IMG/VR virus record: IMGVR_UViG_3300025838_000032 | Coordinates: 19,777-83,776 of that record | Reading direction: 5' to 3' (one strand) | From: a virus | Taxonomy: Duplodnaviria > Caudoviricetes | DNA: 64,000 nucleotides | Part shown: positions 56,997 through 64,000 of the stretch, in pieces | Numbering within the stretch: position 1 is the stretch's first letter | Layout: every line of letters starts with the position of its first letter | The notes under the pieces: generated by a model | Database searches by the model: none | Told to the model about the DNA's origin: nothing | The model's input: the letters and a program-made list of their open reading frames with translations, nothing else | Made by a program: the position numbers and the translations under genes

Positions 56997-57108
56997 TAGG
57001 TAACGAAGACAGCTATTCTAAAGCGTCTTCCTGAGGGCTGGGTCTTCCTCGGGGGTTGCAGTCGGCGTCATGCCTTGACTCCCCCCGAGGCCCTCCAGTA
57101 AGCTCCTA
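56997..57108 (+). ncRNA. Candidate structured RNA upstream of whiB
   Basis: GC-rich intergenic stems GAAGAC/GTCTTC, GAGGG/CCCTC, CCTCGGGGG/CCCCCGAGG, AGTC/GACT, GGC/GCC. Confidence 0.45.
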
Positions 57109-57117
57109 CAAAATATT

Positions 57118-57525
57118 ATGGGAAATAATCAAATTGACTACGGTTGGCAAAGAAATGCCGCTTGCGCATCGATGTCTGCTGAAAATTATGATAAATTCTA
57201 CGCAATTCTGGGTAGAACGTCTAAAAAGGGTATCGAAAGCGTCTGTAACAGATGCCCAGTATATGAAGAATGTCTACAGCACGCCCTAAAGTACGAAGAG
57301 TTTGGGTACTGGGCTAGAACAACTGCCAAAGAACGCGTAAAAATGCGTAAAGAATTAGGCATAAAGCTTGTTGACATTGACTATGAAGCTATGCTAGAAT
57401 ATGCTGAATATATGACTAAGCAAAAGGTAGTCATTAGAAGCTATATGACTAAGCGTGGGCCAAAGGGCCCTAGGAAGAAGAAGGTAGAGTGCGACTCAGA
57501 ATTGGAATCGTTGTCCCAGTATTAA
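57118..57525 (+). CDS. whiB: WhiB-family Fe-S transcription factor
   Basis: WQRNAAC...CNRCPVYEECLQHAL...GYWARTTAKER: four Cys plus the turn motif. Confidence 0.85.
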   Translation: MGNNQIDYGWQRNAACASMSAENYDKFYAILGRTSKKGIESVCNRCPVYEECLQHALKYEEFGYWARTTAKERVKMRKELGIKLVDIDYEAMLEYAEYMTKQKVVIRSYMTKRGPKGPRKKKVECDSELESLSQY

Positions 57526-58187
57526 ACATGTTCGAACAAGCCGTAGATCTCATCTATAGCGCAAAGAGTCAGAACGAAATCAAGTTTTATCTTCAACCAC
57601 AATACCGGTATCAAGTCCCCCTGGCCGCTGCATGGAATCGCGGCATCCGTAGCGCAATCGCAGATCAATGTGATGTAATTATCGTAAGTAACGATGATGT
57701 GTTGTTCGGGCCACAAAGTATTGATGAGCTCGCTAAGATTGCCCATGAGATGGAAGACAAGTACGTCATGGCTTTCCCGGTAGATGTCCTCGATGGTCTG
57801 AATGACCCAGCAGATATACTCTTCGGTGAGGGATGGAGACTGGGGATTGAGAATAAGGAAGACCAGTCATTTTCTTGTTTTGCTATCAAGCCAGACTTCT
57901 TTGAAAAGTGCGGAACTTTTGACGAGAACTTCGATCCAGCCTGGTGGGAAGATGCTGATATGAAATATCGTATCAAGCTCTTAGGCTATAAGACATTCCA
58001 GACTGATGTTCCATACGTGCACCTTCGCCATCAAACTACTATGAATTTAACGTTGCCCCTTAACTCTGTGAAGAGCGGAGAATATTATGTTAAAAAGTGG
58101 GGAAGTGCTAAAAAGGACTTGCGCGAAGCATATGCTAACCCCTATAATGATGTTAGAGTTAATCCAAAAGAGTGGAGACAGTTGTGA
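57489..58187 (+). CDS. GT2-like glycosyltransferase
   Basis: IVVPVLN, AAAWNRGI, VSNDDV, GTFDENF..WWEDAD. Confidence 0.85.
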   Translation: MRLRIGIVVPVLNMFEQAVDLIYSAKSQNEIKFYLQPQYRYQVPLAAAWNRGIRSAIADQCDVIIVSNDDVLFGPQSIDELAKIAHEMEDKYVMAFPVDVLDGLNDPADILFGEGWRLGIENKEDQSFSCFAIKPDFFEKCGTFDENFDPAWWEDADMKYRIKLLGYKTFQTDVPYVHLRHQTTMNLTLPLNSVKSGEYYVKKWGSAKKDLREAYANPYNDVRVNPKEWRQL

Positions 58188-59464
58188 GCAAAATTAGAGT
58201 ACTGGCCTGGGGAGATTACGCCTGCGGCACAGGATTTGGGACCGTGATGAGAAATATCATGGGAGAGATCTATAGTACGGGCAACTACGAGATCGATGTC
58301 GTAGGTGTTAATTACGACGGTGGTCCATACGATATGGAGAAGTGGCCCGGTACTCTCTGGCCAGCGATTAGCGCTCTACGTACACAAGGCCCGTACGGAG
58401 ACGTGTTCGGTCGTCAAGTTTTCCTTGACATGCTCGCTCAGCGTGACTACGATATTGTTTTCATTGTTCAGGATACTTTTATTGTACTCCCGATTGTTCC
58501 TCAGATTCTTGAGTTGCAGAGAACGAAGCCGAATACTTTCTCAACTATCTACTACTACCCGTTTGACTGCGAGCCACGAGAAGAGTGGGTTAAGCAGTGT
58601 GTGTCTTCTTTCGACTACCCTGTAGCGTACACAGAGTACGCTAAGGCGGAGAGCCGTAAGATCATTGGAGCACTTGCTGATCGTCAAGATGTTATTTACC
58701 ATGGTACTAACACGAGTGACTTCTACCCGGTTTCTCCCGAGCAGAAGAAGCAAGCTAAGGAAATGATTTTCCCCATGCTGAAGGACCGCTTCTTGATTAC
58801 TAACGTTAATCGTAACCAGGGCCGAAAGGATATTTCCCGTAGCCTTATGGTTATGAAGGAGCTTCTAAAGATGGGTGTAGAGGACGCATTCCTTTACATG
58901 CACATGCAGGAGAGCGACTTCGGTGGTAGTGTCATGCAGATGGCTCGTGCAGTTGGTCTTGACCCCAACAAGGATTTCACAGTACCAGACCCTCGTCAGT
59001 TTGGTGCCCACAGTGGGTTCCCAATCGAGTTCTTGAATCAGATTTATAACGCTAGTGATCTGTACCTCACCACGACTCACGGCGAGGGCTGGGGTCTCAG
59101 CATCACAGAGGCTATGGCTACGAAGCTACCGGTAGTTGCCCCTGACAATACTTCTATCCCTGAAATTCTTGGTGATGACCGAGGTTGGAAGATTCCTAGT
59201 GGAACATCTGCGACTCACTGGATCATTAAAGAGAATGATAATGAGCGTATGCGTCCTCTTATGGATGTAGAGAAGACCGCAGAAACCATCAAGTACATTA
59301 TCGACCATCCGGATGAGGCTGCTGAACGCGCTGAGAACGCCTACAATTGGATCATTGACCACACCTGGGAGAAGGTCTGTAAGCAGTGGTTGAATGTCTT
59401 TAATAAGGCAACCAACAAGGCTCGTACTGCTCGCATGTTTAAGGCACAGCAGAACAATGCCTAG
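58184..59464 (+). CDS. GT4-like (GT-B) glycosyltransferase
   Basis: GTGFGTV, NVNRNQGRK, YNASDLYL..GEGWGLSITEAMA. Confidence 0.9.
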   Translation: MSKIRVLAWGDYACGTGFGTVMRNIMGEIYSTGNYEIDVVGVNYDGGPYDMEKWPGTLWPAISALRTQGPYGDVFGRQVFLDMLAQRDYDIVFIVQDTFIVLPIVPQILELQRTKPNTFSTIYYYPFDCEPREEWVKQCVSSFDYPVAYTEYAKAESRKIIGALADRQDVIYHGTNTSDFYPVSPEQKKQAKEMIFPMLKDRFLITNVNRNQGRKDISRSLMVMKELLKMGVEDAFLYMHMQESDFGGSVMQMARAVGLDPNKDFTVPDPRQFGAHSGFPIEFLNQIYNASDLYLTTTHGEGWGLSITEAMATKLPVVAPDNTSIPEILGDDRGWKIPSGTSATHWIIKENDNERMRPLMDVEKTAETIKYIIDHPDEAAERAENAYNWIIDHTWEKVCKQWLNVFNKATNKARTARMFKAQQNNA

Positions 59465-60227
59465 GCGTATTGTAAGCATAACTCCTTTCTGCAACGAGAC
59501 ACACATTCTTGAACTACGTTTAGGAATCCTTGATGGTATTGTTGATCGTTTCTATACCATAGAAGCCGATAGGACTTTCACATACAAGCCTAAGCCCATG
59601 CTCGCTAGCACGGTTATTCATCCTAAGAATGTAGTAGTAGAGATCGAGATGCCGGAAGAGGGCGGATCCTGGACTAGAGACTATTATCAGAGAGATTATA
59701 AGGTAGATTTATCTGATTATGATGATGATGATATCGTTCTGATCACTGACCTCGATGAGATCCCTAGACCTGAGTCACTAGAATTTCTTAGAGATAACTT
59801 TGACCCAGATTACTCATACGCATTCTTGATGCTAACTCATCAATACTATTTGAATAATCAAAACATCACTGAGGGGTACATCGATAGGGCTAAAGCCTAC
59901 AGCGTCAAGCAATACATGAGCCCAGACTTTAAGCCATCTTTGTTCAGATTCAACCAGAACGCCGACATCGTCTTACCCGAGGCTGGGTGGCACTGGACGT
60001 ACATCGGTGATACTAATTTCATCAGAAACAAGATTGAGTCTTTTGCTCATACTGAATTTGATAATCCTTATATCAAGGATGGATTAGAAACTAGATTGCA
60101 GAATAACACTGACACGCTTGGGCGTGCTTTCGAGCTACAACTGGTTGATATCGATACTGATTTCTATCCAAAGTATCTCAGAGATAACAAGGACAAGTAC
60201 AGCAAGTACATTAAGGAATTATCATGA
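59457..60227 (+). CDS. GT17 (MGAT3-like) glycosyltransferase
   Basis: PFCNE..LELRL, EADRTF, TDLDEIP, GWHWTY, KIESFAH. Confidence 0.8.
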   Translation: MPRRIVSITPFCNETHILELRLGILDGIVDRFYTIEADRTFTYKPKPMLASTVIHPKNVVVEIEMPEEGGSWTRDYYQRDYKVDLSDYDDDDIVLITDLDEIPRPESLEFLRDNFDPDYSYAFLMLTHQYYLNNQNITEGYIDRAKAYSVKQYMSPDFKPSLFRFNQNADIVLPEAGWHWTYIGDTNFIRNKIESFAHTEFDNPYIKDGLETRLQNNTDTLGRAFELQLVDIDTDFYPKYLRDNKDKYSKYIKELS

Positions 60228-60412
60228 TGCCAATGAGTTTCAATGAATGGTTGCAGTACGGTATGGATAAAGGATACTGTTCAGAACAGTTTTGTTCTAC
60301 ACACGATATCCTTCCTCTGCACGAGAGCGAAGAAAAAGCTTGGGAAATCGGCGGGGATCCTTGTATGAATGTAGTTCGTCTTGGCTCCTATGATGACTGG
60401 GATATTAGTTAA
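60224..60412 (+). CDS. Small hypothetical protein
   Basis: 62 aa, AAGGA RBS, overlapping start/stop codons. Confidence 0.6.
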   Translation: MMPMSFNEWLQYGMDKGYCSEQFCSTHDILPLHESEEKAWEIGGDPCMNVVRLGSYDDWDIS

Positions 60413-60421
60413 AGGATAAAA

Positions 60422-61408
60422 ATGAAGAAGGCTTTAGTTTTAGGTGCCGGTGGATTTATTGGTAGCCATATGGTTACTAAGTTGAAGAATGAGGGGTATT
60501 TAGTACGAGGAGTTGACCTAAAATTCCCAGAGTTTAGCGAGACTGATGCCGATGATTTTAGGATTAGTGATCTAAGGGACCAGCGTGAAGTTAGTAGAGC
60601 AGTTCTCCATATGGATGAACCGTTCGATGAGATTTACCAGTTCGCAGCGGACATGGGGGGAGCAGGATTTGTGTTCTCGGGTGAGAATGACGCAGATATT
60701 ATGCATAATTCTGCCATGATAAATCTGAATGTTCTTGATGTCGTACAAAAAGCCAACGCCTTCTTTAGAACTAATAAGACAAAGATTTTTTACAGTAGTA
60801 GCGCGTGCATGTACCCCTCTCACAATCAATTAGATCCAAACAATCCTAATTGCAAGGAAGACAGCGCCTACCCAGCGAACCCTGACAGCGAGTATGGATG
60901 GGAGAAGCTTTTTAGTGAGCGTCTATACATGGCATACAGCCGTAATTATGGCATCCCAGTGCGGATCGCTCGCTTCCATAACATCTTCGGTGACAAGGGC
61001 ACCTGGACTGGTGGCAGAGAGAAGGCACCAGCGGCGATGTGCCGAAAGGTGGCTGAGACCCCCGATGGTGGAACAATCGACGTGTGGGGAGACGGGGAGC
61101 AGACACGTAGTTTTCTGTACGTAGACGACTGCACCGAGGCTGTATACAGATTGATGCAGAGTGACTTCACTGGTCCGGTTAATATCGGTAGTGAGGAAAT
61201 GGTTACTATCAATCAGCTTGTACAATTGGTTGCTAAGATCGCTGGGAAGAATATTAGCGTGAACCACATCGATGGTCCTCTCGGAGTACGGGGAAGAAAC
61301 AGTGACAACGCTCTCATCAAGGAGAAGCTTGGTTGGGAGCCCTCGATGAACCTTGAAGCAGGACTTAACAAGACGTATCATTGGATTACATCGCAGTTGG
61401 AGAAATAA
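60422..61408 (+). CDS. NAD-dependent epimerase, GDP-mannose 3',5'-epimerase-like
   Basis: GAGGFIG, AADMGGAG, YSSSACMYP, YGWEK, GREKAPAAMCRK. Confidence 0.85.
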   Translation: MKKALVLGAGGFIGSHMVTKLKNEGYLVRGVDLKFPEFSETDADDFRISDLRDQREVSRAVLHMDEPFDEIYQFAADMGGAGFVFSGENDADIMHNSAMINLNVLDVVQKANAFFRTNKTKIFYSSSACMYPSHNQLDPNNPNCKEDSAYPANPDSEYGWEKLFSERLYMAYSRNYGIPVRIARFHNIFGDKGTWTGGREKAPAAMCRKVAETPDGGTIDVWGDGEQTRSFLYVDDCTEAVYRLMQSDFTGPVNIGSEEMVTINQLVQLVAKIAGKNISVNHIDGPLGVRGRNSDNALIKEKLGWEPSMNLEAGLNKTYHWITSQLEK

Positions 61409-62040
61409 TGCCTACAAAGAGAAAAATTACTTTGAGTAAAGATAAGGTTAGGAACAAGGATGTTTCTCACCTTAAAGAATATTTCACTTATAGGGGAGAT
61501 GAATTCTACTTTGATCAGCCAGCTGGTGAGTGTGAGTTTAGGTTATATGCTGAGCTTTCAGATCTAGTCAATAATACAACAATCCTTGATATTGGTACAC
61601 GGTACGGTGGTTCAGCTTTGGCACTGTCACATAACCCTAATAATCAAGTAATAACATATGATGTTGTTGAATGGGAATCTCATTCCAAGTTAAGAAAAGA
61701 TAATATTGATATGCGTATCGGTAATTTTATGGAAGATAGTTCCATTGATTACAATGACGTTGATATTATTATGATTGATGTAGACCCTCATGATGGTTTG
61801 CAAGAGCCTCCCATGATTCAATTCCTTGAAGAAAAGGGATGGGTTGGTATCTTATTGCTAGATGATATTAGTACAGAAGGTACTAGGGGCAGCGAGGGGC
61901 AAATAGACCCATGGCCTGCAATCAGAGAGATGTGGGAACAACTGCCGTATGAGAAGTATGACGTTACTGATATTGGCCATTTTTCTGGAACTGGTCTTAT
62001 CAATTTCGGGAATAAATTTGATTTTAAATTGGTAGGTTAA
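61408..62040 (+). CDS. Class I SAM-dependent methyltransferase
   Basis: ILDIGTRYGGSA, ITYDV, IMIDVDPHDG, LLDDI. Confidence 0.8.
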   Translation: MPTKRKITLSKDKVRNKDVSHLKEYFTYRGDEFYFDQPAGECEFRLYAELSDLVNNTTILDIGTRYGGSALALSHNPNNQVITYDVVEWESHSKLRKDNIDMRIGNFMEDSSIDYNDVDIIMIDVDPHDGLQEPPMIQFLEEKGWVGILLLDDISTEGTRGSEGQIDPWPAIREMWEQLPYEKYDVTDIGHFSGTGLINFGNKFDFKLVG

Positions 62041-62041
62041 T

Positions 62042-62869
62042 ATGAGAGTACTAGTCCTAGGATCGTCGGGCCAGGTAGGTGCTTATCTCGTAGAGTATCT
62101 CGAGAAGAATGGCCATGAAGTAATAGAATTCGATATTGAAAGATCCTCAGAAGAGGACTTACGTTTAGATACTAACTCTCGTCTTATGATGTCGATGTCA
62201 TATAGCGACTTCGTATTCTTCTTAGCATTCGATGTCGGTGGGTCTAGGTACCTTTCTCAGTACCAAAACACTTTTAATTTCATTAATAACAATTGCCGTA
62301 TTATGGCGAATGTTTTTAAAGAGTTAGAAATGCATGAGAAGCCGTTTATTTTTGCTAGTAGCCAGATGTCCAACATGAATTATAGCCCTTACGGAGTTCT
62401 CAAAGCGGTCGGGGAACTTTATACGAAGAGTCTTAAGGGGCGTATCGTAAAATTCTGGAACGTATATGGTATCGAGCATGACATGTCGAAGTCGCACGTC
62501 ATTACAGACTTCATTCTCAAAGCAAAGAATACCGGTGTCATTGATATGATGACCGACGGTGAGGAAGAGAGAGAGTTCCTCTACGCGGAGGATTGTTGTA
62601 GAGCTCTAGAGCAAATTATGTATAATTATAATGAGTTCGATGAGAATACTGAGCTGCATATTACTAGTTTTGAAAGCACAAAAATAATTGATGTGGCACG
62701 CATCATTGCCGACCATTTTGGTGCTATAATGGTACCGTCAGAGAATAAAGATTCTGTGCAGATGAACAAAAAGAATGAGCCCGATAAGACGATTTTGACT
62801 TATTGGCGACCAAGTACTACAATAGTTGAAGGCATTAATAAAGTGATCGAGAGCATGGAAAATGAATAA
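62042..62869 (+). CDS. NAD-dependent epimerase/dehydratase (extended SDR)
   Basis: LVLGSSGQVG, FASSQM, YGVLK, NVYG. Confidence 0.85.
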   Translation: MRVLVLGSSGQVGAYLVEYLEKNGHEVIEFDIERSSEEDLRLDTNSRLMMSMSYSDFVFFLAFDVGGSRYLSQYQNTFNFINNNCRIMANVFKELEMHEKPFIFASSQMSNMNYSPYGVLKAVGELYTKSLKGRIVKFWNVYGIEHDMSKSHVITDFILKAKNTGVIDMMTDGEEEREFLYAEDCCRALEQIMYNYNEFDENTELHITSFESTKIIDVARIIADHFGAIMVPSENKDSVQMNKKNEPDKTILTYWRPSTTIVEGINKVIESMENE

Positions 62870-63539
62870 CAAAGTAGCAATTCTGACCCCTACGTTTGGT
62901 AGGCCGCATAAGATCCAAGCTTATATCGACAACGTTCGAGAGACTACGGACATGAATTTGGCGGAGATTGTCTTTATTGTTGAGGATGACGATACAGAGG
63001 TGAAGGAACTTTGTCAGCAATCCGGAGAGATCACTCTGATTAATACTAGAAAGCGTAGCTTCGCCGGAGCCATCAATACGGCTGTCCGCCAGCTCGATAA
63101 CCAGTATTTCCTGGGCTCTAGCGATGACTTCTATTTCCATCCTAATTGGCTACCGCCTCTCCTCGCCCTGACTGACCAGTACGGCTTCATTGGGACTAAC
63201 GATCTGGGTAGGAATGACAACCTGGCTACGTGCTATTTCGTGAATAGGAATTATCTTTCCCGCTGTGTTCCAGACTCCCCAGAGGATCTGGTTTGTGAGG
63301 AGTATCTCCACAACTTTACCGATACTGAATTGACGGAAGTTGCGATGTCCCATGGAGAATTTTATCACTGCCACGAGTCCATCACTGAGCACATGCATCC
63401 TGTATACTCTAAGGCACCGTATGATTTGACGTATGCCTTGCAGGAGGGAACGTGGGAGCATGACGTAAAACTGTTCGAAGAGCGCTCTAAGATGTGGAGA
63501 AAGGGAGATTTTACTCCCGATAAGTACGTACATAAGTAA
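62862..63539 (+). CDS. GT2-like glycosyltransferase
   Basis: ILTPTFGRP, FAGAINTA, SSDDFYF, HNFTDTEL, EHMHP. Confidence 0.8.
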   Translation: MNNKVAILTPTFGRPHKIQAYIDNVRETTDMNLAEIVFIVEDDDTEVKELCQQSGEITLINTRKRSFAGAINTAVRQLDNQYFLGSSDDFYFHPNWLPPLLALTDQYGFIGTNDLGRNDNLATCYFVNRNYLSRCVPDSPEDLVCEEYLHNFTDTELTEVAMSHGEFYHCHESITEHMHPVYSKAPYDLTYALQEGTWEHDVKLFEERSKMWRKGDFTPDKYVHK

Positions 63540-63553
63540 GAGAAAGGAAAGTA

Positions 63554-63838
63554 GTGACAGAATGGGTAGAGATTGAACCACATCTGTGTGAGTGTGGTTG
63601 CGGCACTTTTATAACAAAAAAAAGTAAGCTTTCTCAAGGAAGATTTGTTCAAGGTCATGCATTCAAATCAGCAATCAATCTGGTACCAGACCCAGATTCG
63701 CTTTTGCCAGAAGAGTATGATAGAATTAAAAAGATCCCCGCTTGGAAAGCAATGATGGAAAACATGCAGGAAATCACGACGCAAGTACTTAATGGTAAAC
63801 AGGTGTTGAGCTACGGTCTATTAGAAGATTTAGACTGA
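63554..63838 (+). CDS. Small protein with CxCGC...GH zinc module
   Basis: CECGCG...RFVQGH, similar to the modules in 32044-32916. Confidence 0.6.
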   Translation: MTEWVEIEPHLCECGCGTFITKKSKLSQGRFVQGHAFKSAINLVPDPDSLLPEEYDRIKKIPAWKAMMENMQEITTQVLNGKQVLSYGLLEDLD

Positions 63839-63846
63839 TGTTTTTA

Positions 63847-63919
63847 GCTCCTGTGGCGCAATTGGTAGCGCAAGAAACTTTTAATTTCGAGATTGTGGGT
63901 TCGAGTCCCGCCAGGAGCA
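63847..63919 (+). tRNA. tRNA-Lys(TTT)
   Basis: Acceptor GCTCCTG/CAGGAGC, D arm GCGC/GCGC, loop CTTTTAA, T arm GTGGG-TTCGAGT-CCCGC. Confidence 0.92.
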
Positions 63920-63980
63920 CCCGAACGAAGCAAATACCGTAGACACAGAACACCTGGGTAAGTGTATAAAATGCCCATCA

Positions 63981-64000
63981 TGCTCCATAGCCCAATGGTA
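63981..64000 (+). tRNA. 5' part of a further tRNA, truncated by window end
   Basis: TGCTCCA-TA-GCCC-AATGGTA matches an acceptor 5' strand plus D arm start. Confidence 0.6.

Noticed and set aside
1-64000. Alternative genetic code or stop-codon reassignment
   Set aside because: Genes tile densely under the standard code and end in TAA, TAG and TGA; no suppressor tRNA seen.

Overview
The whole window is a segment of a large tailed dsDNA phage with a contractile tail, with essentially every real gene on the + strand. Order: the end of a nucleotide-sugar/glycosyl locus plus a tRNA cluster (1-1270); large Cys-rich hypothetical proteins (1357-10968); head module (intein-containing portal, maturation protease, scaffold, decoration protein, major capsid; 10981-19528); a fibre/decoration cassette with an NlpC/P60 hydrolase (20358-31135); neck, sheath, tube, frameshifting chaperone, tape measure and baseplate/tail genes (31136-54492); SF2 helicase, secreted Rpf-like transglycosylase and WhiB (54524-57525); a glycosyltransferase/epimerase/methyltransferase operon (57489-63539); and a second tRNA cluster cut off by the window end. 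WhiB, Rpf and a leaderless sigmaA-type promoter point to an actinobacterial host. The capsid sequence and gene order recall Bxz1/Myrna-type actinobacterial myoviruses (from recall, not searched). No terminase is visible. The strongest unexplained signal is a Ser-Gly dipeptide heavily over-represented in predicted outer virion proteins but not in the tube, capsid, tape measure or enzymes. Together with the phage-encoded glycosylation operon, this suggests a sequon-directed virion glycan coat (inference). Other items: tRNA-Ile(UAU), a tRNA minihelix-like remnant, two free-standing endonucleases with signs of target-gene recoding, a 20-aa-period highly cationic fibre-like protein, a shared [KR]xA[AS] motif in head-region proteins, and a structured RNA upstream of whiB. 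All counts are manual and approximate; no database searches were run.
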